Shown: piece after piece, positions 12,532 through 26,826 of the stretch
How the letters are laid out: each line of letters opens with the position of its first letter
Numbering within the stretch: position 1 is the stretch's first letter
Assembly (NCBI GenBank): GCA_965649825.1
Contig: OZ287704.1
Coordinates: forward strand, 914,301-978,300
DNA from: Penicillus capitatus
Lineage: Eukaryota > Plantae > Chlorophyta
Length of the DNA: 64,000 nucleotides
Direction: 5' to 3'
Notes under the pieces: model-generated
Database searches by the model: none
Seen by the model: only the letters and a program-made list of their open reading frames with translations
What the model was told of the DNA's origin: nothing
Translations under genes and position numbers: made by a program

Positions 12532-15500
12532 TCAGTTTCCAATGTGGAGCTCAACCGAATCCAATTGCTGATCTCCTTTCATGATGGCGACCTGACTGGA
12601 TAACTGCCACGATAATTTGAACGACAGATCCGCGTCTCTGTCCGATTCTCTGGAAAGGGGAATGGTGGAATGGATCTAGACAATGAATGACACGATGCAT
12701 CGCAAGACGGACAAGGCAATGCTCACCTGGTGGATCTTGACGGGTTCCAGTGGGGCACGAGATCTGGAAGAGAGTTTCTGCTGCCAAGACATGCGCAGAT
12801 CCCATACGCAAAGTGCACAAACATCAGGACACAGGGCAGCAATCACATCACCATCTTTACGGAAACTCAAAGCGCCGATGCGTAAATCTTGGGCAAGCTA
12901 GACAAGTCACACACACATACATCGATGTGTTACGATGAGGTGGATAGATGGCGGTACTTGTGTTGAAGTCCATTGACCGGCGAGCTCGTAGAAAACATGA
13001 CCCAGAGAGAGCGATCTCTTTTTGACACCAGTATTCAGATGATAGACCGCAATGACTTCTTGACGATCGCGGGCGTTTTCGGAGATTTGTGTTCCTGTTG
13101 TTTGAATATGCGGAAAACCGACGGCGATGGTGCCACTCTCGCGATGGATGTCCACTAGTGGATAGCAGGAACTCATCTCTTTAAGCAATGCCAGAATGGA
13201 CTAAACAGAGGAAGGGTAAAGGAATAAGAGACGATGTATGTATGGCTGTACTGTCATGGCCAGTTTTCTAGAGGCTTGATCAGAAGGATCCAATGCTTTC
13301 ATGAGCGCCGCCACAAGCAAAGGCAGTTCATGCACAATAATCTGCATTCCATCCCTGCGATGCAGCAGGGACCCGATGCTCTGCACAGCCGCCGTCAGGG
13401 AGAACGGAACAGCACAGGTCGACGGAAATCTGATCGGCACACATCGAAATCGATGATGGCATCACTCAGTCGAAATCGATCAACACCTTTTGAGAAGACT
13501 GTGGAGAATGAGTGGAAAATCGAGGCTGCCTATGGAGGCAATGAGGGAGATGAGGGCATCTTTGTACGAGGACACATCTTCAGTACTGCACGCCTCAGCG
13601 CGGTTTCCTTGATTTGTTGTCGCATGTGGAAGAGGCACCGTGCTATACGCCTTGCCAGTGATCGATTTGCTTTGACCAAAGGTCGTCTTCAAGTTACTAA
13701 AGCTCTGGAAATGCCCACTCATTCCGCGCTCCAGAAATCCTGAAGCCACAAAACGCAAATGCCCCGGAGCAAGATCCAAAACCGACCCACCTCTGAAACT
13801 CGATCCGCCAGTACTGCCATCGATGGCAGAGCGTGGAGACAGTCCTTTCATGTCGGCCATGGAACGCACTTTGGAGAATGGATTCTTTGGACTGCGATCT
13901 GGTCCACTCATGGGACTGAGCATTGCCGATTTGCTTTTGTGTCCCAACATCCCCAGCTGATCACATGTGTCGAAGATCCTTCTGAGAAACTGTGTTGGAT
14001 CGAGGATGGAGGTAAACCATCCAGAGGATTCGATCCCCGTAAGTCCATCTGCCAAAATCTGAGCAGCTAATCTGGGAGCCCCAGTGGCTCGGATAGGCGA
14101 AGTGGACAACGCCGCCAGACAGGGCACCACCGAAGAGAGCATCTCTATCGGTGCTAATCGGCAATGCACACAGCAGATGGCTCCGCTGACCAGTATCTAA
14201 CAGAAACATGCGCAATTAGCTCTGTTAATAACATGGACGCACGCATCTAACCTCATGTTGATGTTTCATCAGGCGTTCTGGATCTATCGGTGACGGATCC
14301 GTTGCGAGTCTCTGTGCCGTACGGATCTCTTTGATGCCGATGAGATGGCTTTCGGCTTTCTCTTCCAACAGCCCTTGTGCAATGAGGTTCAGATCGGTGA
14401 TCGATGCCAACAGAACGCGAGATGTTTCCCTCAGGACGGCTATCGAATCATCCCAGAGATCGACGATGCGTCGAAGAGTGGGATGACAGCTGTCCATAAT
14501 GATCTGAGGGAACTGAATGGCATACAGTGTTGCCAGTATGCTACAAGCACTGCACACCACTTCGTTCATAGATTCGTGCATCAGCTGCTTCGATGCTGCC
14601 ACCATAAAAACGAGATAATCGGCAACAAAGTCGCCGTTGGAGAGCCACAAGTGTCCGACCACAGGCTCTTCCTTAACGTGGCAGGGAAAATTGAGCGTCA
14701 TAGCGTTGGAGGCTCCGTAGACAATGGCCTGCGTTAGACTGTAGCCTCGACCTGTCCTTGGAAGAGGACCGCGACGCATGGAAGGACTCTCTGCTGTCGG
14801 ATCCGCCAATACAGCCGCCTTCATCATCTGATGAACTGCCAAATCTGCCTTGTCATCAACTCCCCAGACATGTAGCGTCGCCAAGCTCATTGCCAGACGC
14901 ATTGTCCATGTCTCTAACTCTCCTTCGACTTTGGCCGCTTCGGCATTGTCAGCAGAAACAGACATCCACTCTGTAGAGCACCATAAAAACGTCGTCGCTG
15001 AGCTTTTGAAGTGTCTGCTGACCTGTGAATTCGAGTTCCATCAGCGAAACATCTGGAGTAGGTCCAGGCTGTAAAGAAAAATCCTTGGAAGAAGTGCGTA
15101 TTGCGGATACGGATGAAAAATAAGAGATCGGTGTGTGAGGATCGCTTTCTTCTGAAGCTTGCGCTTTGGCACGGCGCTCTTCGATGCCTTCTGTGAACAG
15201 TCGTGCCATCTCTGTGGCCTGTTCTCCCAGAAAGATTCTGTCTTGGCGAGCGTGATACAGATCCCATACAATCAAAACCGCCTTCTGCGTATCGGGATGG
15301 ACCAAACACGAAAGAAATCCTCTGCACACGACGTTCAGATGTCGGTACAGGTGAAAGATGGCTGACCTTATTCCATCCCATTCTATCTGCAATGAGGTTT
15401 GCAGCGGATTCCCTGCACAGACGCGAACGATTTTTCTATGCTCGATGGACACCAGGGCAATGACGCCATCGTTGCCTACTGTCGCAACACAGGATGCCCA

Positions 15501-17566
15501 CGGCACCACACTCTGCTGCGGTGGGCATTCGATCTGTCGGATGGAATCTGGAAACATAAATCGCGTAGAAACGGACGAGAATAAAGAAAACAGGCAACCT
15601 GTGTGTGGATGCAACATAAAAAGAGACTCGCCAAGATGTCCGTCTTCCAAACTCCAGAACCCAATGGAACCGTCCTTTGCTCCAGTGACAAGGATAGGGA
15701 GGTCAGATCGATCGTCTCCGTGTTCCGAATGAACGGGAGACGTGTTTGGAGGTGCACTGGATGCACGGGTAAACAGAATCTCTCGACAAATGGTGACAGC
15801 TGTTTTGTGTCCGATCGACACAGCTAACGACGGAAAACACCCAGCCGATATCGGATCATGCGGAGCAGGGTACATTCCGAGAGAATAGTATTCAATGTTT
15901 CCATTCGATAGACCTTGGATCATCAGATACGGAACAGCAGTGGTTGTGACCCCCGTCACCAAATGCATGCACGTGACATGAGCACGCAACGAAGGACAGA
16001 TGGCTGTCTCCTCAGTCGCCATCTTTTGATCTTCGTCCTCGACGGACGGCGGATACCATATGTCGCAGATCTTGCCCGAGGCGACAGATCTCAGGTTTGC
16101 GGACTCGGATGTCGTCGATGCGATAAGCTCGGAGAGGACGATCTCGTCGACGGCATTCGACGCATCGTGGTGTGGCACCGACAGACGGTGGATCTCGGCA
16201 ATGGCATGGTCATCTCTCCAGGAATGCACGGCAACGAGTGTTCGGTTTCTCTGCTTGGAGATGTCCACCTGATATCTACCATCTTCGTAGAGCGAGGCGA
16301 CTTGTATTGTCCCTCCCTCGGTCCAGATCAGGATATGGTTGCTGAGATCTGCTGGACGATCTGTCGACATGCCGTGCAATATTCTACCGCCGCCAATGGA
16401 TCCACACACGGCGTCGACGACGGGTTCTTCTTTGGTGTATTCAGATGGAGACGTGGCTTCTGTTAAAAGGGGACCGTGCACTGAGGGTTCCTTCAGGGAA
16501 GCCGTTTGTAGAGGCGTGTGACATGCCAGGACCATAAAGTTGCACGGAAGAGTGATCTCCATTCCTTCTAAGACTTCATACTCCAGAACACACCACATGG
16601 AAACACTCGTCAACAGCAGCAATCGCTTCGACATGCAGAAAGAGGCAGATGTTAGTGGCAAGGCCAGATCCAGGCAGATCTGATTGTTCAACACATGTCC
16701 TGCCAGATCTTCTGCCGTCTTCTGTGATCCATCCATGGACCAAAGAAGCAGTTGAGCATTGGATTGTATTCCCATCACTAAAGTGGAGACGGCACTCGAT
16801 TCGGATCCACAGGCGACCATGTCCATCAAACGTGTGTCGTCTCCGGCTGCATCTGACACGAATCACATCGGCATTTGTGCGGCTTTAAGGGAAGTCGTTG
16901 CATACATGATCGGATCAAAGGAATCTGAACGGGATTCTTCAAAACTCTGTTGATTTCGAGCGTTTCTGTTTCGATGCCGACCAAATCCACACGACATCGA
17001 CCCGTCTCCTCTTCTGTTCGCCGAACGGCGATCAACACCTCCTGATCTTCCTGATTCAAAATCCTGTTTCGAAAGAAAGGCTTGTGGAAGAGAAGAACGC
17101 AGGACGTGAAGCAGAACGGGTCCCAGTGGTGTCTCTAAGGCTGATTGATTTTTGGTGTTCAGGCACACTCCTGTCGTTGCGTCCCAACAGCAGAGCTGTC
17201 CCGTCACATCACAACTGAACAAGATTCCTTCCTTCACTTGCCCTGCACCCAACACACGTCACGCACGTCACATCACATCACATATACCGTAAGAAGCCTG
17301 CCTACCTTTGGGAGAGTACAGAAGGGCGGAGATGGATGAGGAATGCGAACAGAGATAAAGCACGGGTCGAAGTTGACCTTCTCGATGTAGGGTCCATCTG
17401 AATGGCACAGTTCAGAAAGCAAACGATCGGAACAGACACATCTCCACTGTATAATCGTCCCGTCTCGTCCACCCGTCCACACAGGCGTCCCTTCCGCCGT
17501 CGCCGCGACAGCGGTGATGTCCTGCCGAATGGGGTGCGCCGGCCACACGGCATGATAGCGCTTCAT
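12532..17566 (-). CDS. WD40-repeat protein, WDR7/rabconnectin-3beta-like (multi-exon)
   Basis: N-terminus HAVWPAHPIRQDITAVAATAEGTPVWTGGRDGTIIQW; several WD repeats (ILVTGAKDGSIGFWSL, VATVGNDGVIALVS); C-terminal YPLVDIHRESGTIAVG...AVYHLNTG, typical of WDR7-like proteins. Confidence 0.75.
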
Positions 17567-17945
17567 TTTGGAAGAATTGAATCTTTACTGCAAACGCACA
17601 CATTCTCAGTTCTTAACGGAAAATCAAGGCACTTCTTCACACAAAACATGCAGAACAGCTAAGCACTCTACATGATAAAAATCTCGGTTTGTTGTCGGTC
17701 GCTGCATAGTCCCAGTTATCGTCATATAAATGCTGCCAGTAACACAGAACAAATGGCATGCAGACTTATTCCAATAGCAGATCCCGTGTACCCCCGTTGC
17801 TTATTTGTCTTTCCATGCACAAGACAGACTTTCATGACGTTCTTTCTCATTCCACTACTAATGAGTCTTTCTCATGTTTGACTGTTGGTGAGATTGAGAT
17901 AAAATATAGAGCTGTATCGTATCCACACACTTAAACTTGAGGCCC

Positions 17946-19394
17946 TCATTGCGTTTGTTCTGCTTCGTTGATTTCGTGGCAGATTTCTTCCAATCTGGAC
18001 ACGATGTACGAGAAATCTGGGCGAGTCTCTGGAGCTCTCTGGAGACATTCGTGCATCACTTCAGCCCACACATCATGACAGCCATGTGGTCGATCCAGTC
18101 GCAGGCTTCCTTGCATAATGCCTTCCAGCAGATCTCTTGGAGAGAGCTCTCGATAGGGCATTTCGCCCATCTCCCAGATTTCCCACAGCACCACGCCAAA
18201 AGAATAGACATCCACCTTCTCATTCACGAGGTCTGTGATGTTGCCCTGGCTTCCCACGCGTTCAATACTCGGAAAGAGCTCGGGTGCCATCCATGGAAGT
18301 GTGCCTCGCATATTACCACTGACAAACGTCTTAATCTTTGCCTTTGATAATCCCACATCTCCAATCTTCACGATAGGGTTGTCCAGGTCACGCAAGTCAC
18401 ACAACAAGTTCTCACACTTCAAATCGAAATGAATCACGTTTCGATTGTGCAGAAACTCCATTCCTCGCGCAGCACGTAAAGCCACAGCGACTCTGAGCTT
18501 CTGTGTGTCCGATGGACCTCCTTTCAGCTGCATCAGCTTGTTCTTCAGGGATAAATGCGGCAGATATTCAACAACAAGACCTGGACTAGGGCCATTGTTC
18601 AGCATCCCATAGAAGGATACGACACAGGGATGGCGAAGACAGGCCAACGTACTGGCCTCTTGACATGCCATATCCATGCTTTCTCTGTCAGTTAATGTAT
18701 GCCATTCCTTAACTGCCACTTCGACGCCTCTCCAAAGCGACAGCTTAACAGAAGCAAACTGACCGCGACCAAGTTCATATTTCATGGAAAGTTCATCGTA
18801 GAAAATAAACGGCGTCGAAGGCAAGGAATACGTCATCACCGGTGATGGAGTGGAACTCTCAGTCATCGGAGACTCCATCAACGAAGACATACCCATAGAT
18901 CCCATCTGTAACTGCAATGCCGGACGCGGAGGCATAGCCGTTACTGGCGGTAAATGCTCATTCGTTTCCGATTCCACTTTTCTCGCATGAGGTCTCGTGG
19001 TGCTCCTCACCGAGCCAATTGAACGATTGACAATGGTGGCCGGTCTAGTGAATTCTGGCAGCAGAGCAGCCCTCTCCATCATGGAGCTATCCATTCTATC
19101 AAGCGTCCTCTGATCTGTACTTGTACTCATGTTGTCTCCAGATGAGGCTGTACTAGCAGATTGAATTCTACTTCCAATCTCTGGAAAGGATGTTGTAGAC
19201 TGGTCTTCGGTTTTACGTAGTGTTGGGAAGCGTATCTGGGACATTTCGCTAATCATGGAACCCAGATTTTTGGCTTTCTCGTCGAGTAGGAAGCCCAACA
19301 CCTTCCCGAAGTGAACGCGGACGTTCTGTACTTCTTCCTCCTCACTCGTGTCTTCCTCGCGGGCAGAAACGCCCGCATGACACCCACCGCCCAT
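17946..19394 (-). CDS. Raf-like (TKL/MAP3K) protein kinase, intronless
   Basis: Complete kinase motifs GRGQFASV, VAVK, HFDLKCEN, DVG, MRGTLPWMAPE, DVYSFGVVLWE; likely start MGGGCHAG at 19394. Confidence 0.9.
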   Translation of the reverse strand: MGGGCHAGVSAREEDTSEEEEVQNVRVHFGKVLGFLLDEKAKNLGSMISEMSQIRFPTLRKTEDQSTTSFPEIGSRIQSASTASSGDNMSTSTDQRTLDRMDSSMMERAALLPEFTRPATIVNRSIGSVRSTTRPHARKVESETNEHLPPVTAMPPRPALQLQMGSMGMSSLMESPMTESSTPSPVMTYSLPSTPFIFYDELSMKYELGRGQFASVKLSLWRGVEVAVKEWHTLTDRESMDMACQEASTLACLRHPCVVSFYGMLNNGPSPGLVVEYLPHLSLKNKLMQLKGGPSDTQKLRVAVALRAARGMEFLHNRNVIHFDLKCENLLCDLRDLDNPIVKIGDVGLSKAKIKTFVSGNMRGTLPWMAPELFPSIERVGSQGNITDLVNEKVDVYSFGVVLWEIWEMGEMPYRELSPRDLLEGIMQGSLRLDRPHGCHDVWAEVMHECLQRAPETRPDFSYIVSRLEEICHEINEAEQTQ

Positions 19395-19584
19395 TACCCT
19401 TAAAAAAAAGCTAAGCGTCGGACGCGGCCATCTCTTATGCTTTTTTGAATCAACCGACCGTTCACTCGCGCGACAGTCGCTCTTGTGTCGACCCATTTGC
19501 AACACAGCACGCTTGATGCCACACAATTCTGAAGGTAAATGCAAAATCGAATCGCACGTCTATCATCCATCCGTTCCTCTAACG

Positions 19585-22500
19585 ATGGAATCCGTTGGGA
19601 AAGCGTCGGAATGCGTGGAACATGCACTCGGAGAAGTGCTTGCGGCTCGGAGTGTCGCCATTACCAATTCTGAGAACGTCCCTGGGGTTGGCCCACCTGA
19701 CCTCTGCTGGATTCAGCGCACAGCCAGAGGCATCTTCAGCGTGAAGAAACCAAAAATGCAAGGATATTATCACTGGGTTGTGGGACTACCTGTCACCTCC
19801 AGTGCCTCCATCGCAGCTTACTTTGCCAGACTTACCTCGACAAAAAAGAAAGTGCGTAGACACTATGTACAATGCACGACGAGCCAGCTAGCTGCATCTG
19901 AGTGTGCGTGCAGGTGGGATACTATCATGGCATGGGGGTGGGACGGGAATTTTCTATTGGGCGTGGCATCTACTGTTGTTATGATCCATTCTCAGATTTG
20001 GACATTTGGGTCGAGATAGCTGTACCTGGAAGTGCGATTTCGAGAGGACTCGATCGTCAAGGATACCTGTAAATGCAAAAGGACAGACGACAGCATGCTT
20101 TGGTTTCGTTGGTGGGTATTTAGGCATGATGTGACAGCTGAAATGTGGAGAGGAGCGTACGTTGGCTGCTTTCTTCGCTCTCAGCTGTACGATGCATCTG
20201 TGACATTGCACTGCAGTCGAGCTTTTCAGCACATGGCCTTCTTCAGAGACCAGGAAGACGAGACAGAACTGCTGCAGCATGTCGAGAGCCTCTATCAGTC
20301 TGGCAAAGCTCAAAGCGCCCAGCAGAGACTCCATTGGGACAAAGGACAAGGCACAGAACCGCATCACATGGACGTCGTTTGCACATCCCTTCTTGTTCAT
20401 TTCAAGAAAAGACGAAGATGGCAAAAGGTGAGGACGCATTGCAGAGAGGGGTCAAAGACAAAATGCATGCCTTGTGGCTGTTTGATGTTCAGGCCCTTCG
20501 ATTCTTTACGGCACTGGAGGAATGCTTTCCTTCGAGTGTTGTGTACCAGGCAGAGGTGTACCGGGAATTGGACAATTCAATAGGTGCTGCGAATTTGCTC
20601 AAGTCAGCTCTTTTGCGCAAGAAGAGAGAAGACCATCCCATGCTGGTCCTGGCATGCGGCTATATCTACTTAGAGGATCGCCAATATACCAAAGCAATCA
20701 GAATTGCTGAATCGGTGTTGGATATTGATCCACAGGTGCGGCAAGCCGTTTTCTACAGAAAAGCCTAAGCGAGTGTGGTTGGTTAGATTCGGCCTGGTTG
20801 GCTGCTGTTGAGTCGTGCGCTGTCGTATGAGGGACAAACGGAAAAGTGTCTTCGTGCGTTGCATCTCATGCCATCGCCGCTGATTCCCTCCAACAGAAAC
20901 GCATTGCTCTTTCGTGTCCTTCCATCACGTCCAAAATCCATCACTCGACGTCAGGACGGATACGATCCCGAGGTCTGCGCCGCCACTACGATGCTCGATT
21001 CTGTCTGATCGATCCATGGTGTGTAGACAGCGGAGCTAAACATGGTGTTTCAGGAATCACAAAAAACGGGGGTATTGACCGGCACTCTTCCTGGGGAAAT
21101 TCTCGCGCCGCGTTGTCAAGCGCATGGTGCTGACTGGGGTTTCATTTCATGCACGCAGTGTGTCATGCGTGCTGCTTACGATATCTTATTGAAGACCGTT
21201 CATTCTATCGGATGGGAACAATTCTGCAAAATCCGCGCCGCTGTCTTCATGCTTCCAAGTCATCTCTCCTCCAACTGACCCTCGTCTTATGCTATGGTTC
21301 AGGCGAGGAGGAAGGAATCGGATCAGAAAGGGGGGAATGGTGCCCGGTAAGGGTGGAACTCACTGTGCATAAAGATCTTCCTGCGACAGCGAGCCAATCC
21401 GTCACACTTTCATTTGTACTGAAAGAGAGTACACCGTGGGAGAAACCACGACGCAGAACTTCGTACTATGCTCGCAGTATGTCAGCAGGGGCATCGAACA
21501 CCGCCTTGGAAGCAGACAGTTCGCTGGCTGATCGATCGCATGCAAGTCAAGTGGCTACGAAAGTCTTGTCTAGGGGACTCGGAGCTGTAACCAAGAGAAT
21601 CTTGAGACAGCCCTCGACAGAGTCCGCCGTGTTAAGGGATGATGCAGAACAGACACTCTCTCCTACATCTGAAACATTGTCAGATGCATTTTCCAATTCT
21701 TCCAGAACAGAGGGACAGAATAAGGTCCCTGCCGACTCCGAAGCAGAGCCTGATACACCACTCTCTCCCTATCCCTCGACCCCCTTTGCAGAACGCCCCG
21801 TCTTCAAAGTAGGAGGAGATACGCCTGTACGTCAACGCAAAGTTGTGGAAGTCGTCACGACAGCAGAGTTGCTATCGGGAGAGGAGGAGGTGCCTGATGC
21901 GCCTGAAAATGCTCTACCGAAGCAGTGTCCCCCTTACGGAGTGCCTACAGGAAGACAAGGTCCTCCGAGCAGTACGTCCTTTAGTCAGGATCGATGGCAA
22001 GTGAAGATCGTTTCGATGGGCATCAAGGACCGTGTGAAGTATTTCGATCAGATGGCCAAAGAGAAGATGGCCAAACAGAGTTTAGCCGGTTCCGATTCGC
22101 AGTATGATCACGAGGCATGTGTCGTCAACATGCGTCCGAGACGATCACGTTACCTGTTCTCGCATACCATCATGGAGAGATTGATCCATGACATTACAAG
22201 TGCTGAATCCATCGCTGGAGTGACCGTCAACTCGGATGAAGGTGGATCTGGTGATGCCGATGAGGGGGAGCTTGATAGCAGTGAAGGTACAGAGATGGGT
22301 GTACCCTCGACGACTGACTGGTCATCCTTTGCGTTGAATGATGCTGCTTGTGTGCCCCGAATGTCTGACAGAAGGCAGAGCTCGTACATGAGCCTGTTCG
22401 ATGGTAATCTGAGTGGGTCCTTCTTGGACGTTGCGGCACACGGGCCTCATCGAGATATCGATAAAGATAACCCATGCGAATGTGCAGAGTGGCTGGATGA

Positions 22501-23092
22501 GTTGATTCTGGCTCTTTGGGAGGACTTGGCTGTCTATACCGATTTCAAGGCCCTGGATAGAAAGCTAAAATCGAAGAACAGACAAACACATGCCGAGCAG
22601 ATTCTGGGGACGATCGAATGGAATGCGGACACGACAGATGATGAGGATTTGGCTCGAACACCGACAGCAGGACCTGTGCTCCCAGACAGCCGTCCCGTCG
22701 ATTGGATGCGACGTGGCATGCTTTGTGAGCGTCTAGGGAAGGCAGCAGATGCCGAGCAAGCATACAGAGTCTGTATTTTCTTGAGCTTTAATCTGACATC
22801 GTTGTTGGCCCTGGCGCGGATCTATGCCGAATGGGGGTACTCTAAAGGAGCCGTCCTCTTGTTGAATAGACTGGCTCAGTTTCATCACAAGAAGCGCAGT
22901 TCGCACAGGAGGAGTCTGTATGTTGTTGACAGTCTGGTGAAGAACATGAGTCTTTTGATGAGTTCTGTTGGAAACAAAGAGATCCGTTCCGCGTCTGAAA
23001 CCAGCCATCCCTTACTCTCCCATGCGCTAGAGGATGTTCTTAAATGGAACATGCAATCTGGCTCTCCAAGAATGAACAACCCCTCACAGTAA
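19585..23092 (+). CDS. ChAPs family protein (Chs5-Arf1-binding; Bch1/Bud7/Chs6-like TPR cargo adaptor), multi-exon
   Basis: GPPDLCW, YHWVVGLPVTSSASIAAY, GIYCCYDPFSDLDIWVEIAVPG, and C-terminal WLDELILALWEDLAVY and DWMRRGMLCERLG resemble conserved ChAPs blocks as I recall them. Confidence 0.75.
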
Positions 23093-23310
23093 ATGCATCT
23101 CATTGGTATCAACTCCAGATCACTTTTCTATTGTCTTGTTGTTTTTTTGCTTTGGGAGTGTTTAATCGTGGTCACGGACTCTAAACCATTGCTTTATAAT
23201 AAAAAGGGTATTACAAGAATTATCAACGCACCAGACAAAAGGATTCCAGCGCTTTTCTGCCCCAAACAAAAATTCTGATCAATCACACAGGTGGTAACCA
23301 CGTTAATGAA

Positions 23311-24789
23311 TCAGTTGAGTGCCGAGTTTGGAAGAATGCTCATCGGACATGAAGGTGCCGTTGTGGGGCAGAACTCAGAAAAAGAGGAATTAAGAAAAGA
23401 AATCGACTCCGAGCCCATCAAATTGAAAAGCATCTCCACAGGATCTCCTTCTTCATTATTAGCCCGACGATGCTCAACGCCGCCTCTTGGCGACATCTCT
23501 GAACGTCTCCTTCTCGTGCGCCTTCCCGGAGATTTCTTTTCTGTTTTGTTGCCAAGGGCCGAAGTCCAGATATTCTCTTGAACAAGAAGCACATCCTTTA
23601 GGAAGGCTTCAGTAAATGCTGCATTGAGGATGATGTCGTCGGCCTTATCATGCACAGCCGCCATCTCTGTGCACGTCTCTTTTGAAGACGTTTCTTTGCT
23701 GACGGTTTCCAACGCGTATGGACACAGTTTATTGGTCGATGAAGAAAAGTGATCATCAAGTTGTGAGGCGGATGATAGAGGTATGCTGTTCAGTGCTGAT
23801 GATGAAGAGGTAAGTATGGATTCCTGTTGTTGTTGTTGATGTTGTTCGCAAGTCTTCGCCTCAAAACTGCTATTCTGCATTATTACTGGCACAGTTTCTG
23901 GACTCTGCGCATTCGGTAAGGACATGCCAGCCATGGCTTTACTTTTAGACAACAGCTGACTCTCTGAAAGGCGACTCTGTGGCACAGCAACGGCGCTTCT
24001 GGGCAACGCTTCCTCTTCTGAAGCAATGGGGATGTTCACATCAATGGTGCTGCTTCCTTCTGAGGAACTGTACACGATGTTGTTGTGTACCGTTTCCGGC
24101 CAACTACGCGGAAGTGACATTTCTTTCTCCTTTGGTCCCCATTGACGCAGTCTGGCGTCCAGACCCTCAATCAATTCCTCCATTCTCTGAATCTGTTGTC
24201 GGTTTTCATTCACGATCTTGCCCAATGCTGTTTGTTCGTTCGTTTCCGACAATCCTCGACTCTTTTTCAGCATTTCTTCCATCAGAACAGGAATCTGCTC
24301 ATACCGTTGTTCCATTCCGACTAAAAGAGTATTGGAGAATTGAAGCTGCTGCTCCATGCTTGTCTGTTTCTCCATCACCTCTTTCATTCCTTCCTCCATG
24401 TTCGTCATGTAAAATGGACTCTCCGATGATGTTCCTCTCGAACGTCTCTTCAATCGGCGAACGACGTCGCTTCGGTAGTCGTGAAATTTCCCCACGACTC
24501 TCTGTAGCTTACAAAATCCTTCGGCGCGTTGCCAAACGGATTTCAGCGTTTCGAGATGCGATGCCGGCAACGAAGAAATCACATCTCCGAGAACGGTGTC
24601 GAGTGATGGCAGTGGGGCTGCTTCCTCATCGATATCTTGCGCAACTTTGCTAACGGCTTTGTAGAAACGGTCATACGAGTGTAAGAGCTTTTCTTCCGGC
24701 GTCGCGGAGGAAACGTCGTCGGGGAGAACGAAGCACACGGAGTCGTTATCGTCTTCTGTATGCTTGGTCGCGATATGCGCAACGTCCAT
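23311..24789 (-). CDS. Hypothetical intronless protein (about 490 aa) with a predicted coiled coil and Ser/Gln-rich tail
   Basis: Open frame of 511 codons with protein-like composition; likely ATG at 24789 (MDVAHIATK); no recognised motif. Confidence 0.6.
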   Translation of the reverse strand: MDVAHIATKHTEDDNDSVCFVLPDDVSSATPEEKLLHSYDRFYKAVSKVAQDIDEEAAPLPSLDTVLGDVISSLPASHLETLKSVWQRAEGFCKLQRVVGKFHDYRSDVVRRLKRRSRGTSSESPFYMTNMEEGMKEVMEKQTSMEQQLQFSNTLLVGMEQRYEQIPVLMEEMLKKSRGLSETNEQTALGKIVNENRQQIQRMEELIEGLDARLRQWGPKEKEMSLPRSWPETVHNNIVYSSSEGSSTIDVNIPIASEEEALPRSAVAVPQSRLSESQLLSKSKAMAGMSLPNAQSPETVPVIMQNSSFEAKTCEQHQQQQQESILTSSSSALNSIPLSSASQLDDHFSSSTNKLCPYALETVSKETSSKETCTEMAAVHDKADDIILNAAFTEAFLKDVLLVQENIWTSALGNKTEKKSPGRRTRRRRSEMSPRGGVEHRRANNEEGDPVEMLFNLMGSESISFLNSSFSEFCPTTAPSCPMSILPNSALN

Positions 24790-24911
24790 CGTGTTTGTCG
24801 GCGAATGCGTGAAGAAACGTTGACGGCAGAGATGAAAGGGGTTCAACTAGACGTCTGTTGGTACGTTCGGTCTGGCGATGTGCGTATGGCGTTGAATGGT
24901 CACCGGCAATT

Positions 24912-25733
<822 letters not shown>

Positions 25734-26296
25734 CTGGCGGAGATTTCTAAGAAGAGGACACAAACGCAGAGCACCTTCCTAGCAACGGGCCAGGCACTCG
25801 AAGGGCTGATAAGACAAATGACAGCGCAAAACGTTTCTGCAGATGAGCCTCGGAAATGATCATTTGCATCGTCCTGTCAGATTGTTGAGACTTTGTCCGA
25901 GGGAAACCATGTCGCCTTTCTGGCAAAACACTGACAAAGTGCGTTCGCTGTCTCTCAACACATCTGTATTTGAACAATGACCTTCTGTGTGTCATCGTGC
26001 AGCACTATCCTGCGAAACGTCTGTTGACAATGACGCAGCTTCGCGCAGTAGGAGCCTGGGGTGCTGTTGCCGGTATTGCTGCCATTTATATGATCCAAGT
26101 CCGAACCTCTTTTGCATAGACGAGCACCTGTAGACGTTTCGTTGTGTCTTGTAGCCATGGGATTATTTCAGATCTCTCATCGAACCTCCGGCACAGAAAA
26201 ACTAGAAATCCACTCTTTTTGTGTGAGATTCCGGTTTTTAATGCGGTTTTACATAAAGATGGTTAACAAACACGCATTCCATGCACAGCAGTCTCT

Positions 26297-26603
26297 TCAC
26301 TGTGCCCTCTGATTTGGACCCAAACGCCGACCCGGACCCACCACTGCAACATGGGGTGTCGGAAAAGCAGCAACGGAGATGGATGTCGAGATGTGCACGT
26401 ACCAACATTGAAACGTCGATTGTACTTCATACGGCGTAAGGCACGTCCTCTCGGGAGTTTCTTCTTATCTTGCTTCTCGACTTTCGGCGTGGCGTTTCGC
26501 ACTTTACCAGCGCGCGACAGCGATCCGTGGACCTTACCTAGAAGTATCCATCCATCCACTACTCCCTGCCACTTTGACATAAACGCTTTGTTGGCTTACC
26601 CAT
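26297..26603 (-). CDS. RPS30: 40S ribosomal protein S30 (eS30), 3 exons, no ubiquitin-like leader
   Basis: MG|[42 protein letters not shown]; canonical gtaagc and gtacgt donors. Confidence 0.97.
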
Positions 26604-26826
26604 TCTCTAGAGCAGATACGGCGGCGCAACAGCGAAACGTCGAATGTGCGTTTGTCGTAGTGTCATTTTTCGAATGACGGGCATCAGAGATGATAAGTGT
26701 GTGCGTGCGTGCCTTTGTTTGGGCGTGATTTTCAAGCGAGTACGACGACAGTTCCTTTACGGCATTGTTTTCATAGGACGTTGAGTCGATTTATAATCAC
26801 TTGTGTAAGTTCTGTTTTGAGTGAAT

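Noticed and set aside
12517-12535. (GTCA)n, (AC)n at about 54070, and (TGT)n at about 23825 microsatellites
   Set aside because: Short simple repeats with no spacers or structure; not CRISPR-like or telomeric.
25747-26158. Two short minus-strand ORFs between RPS30 and ARF
   Set aside because: Could not be joined into a convincing gene; may be UTR or promoter sequence.
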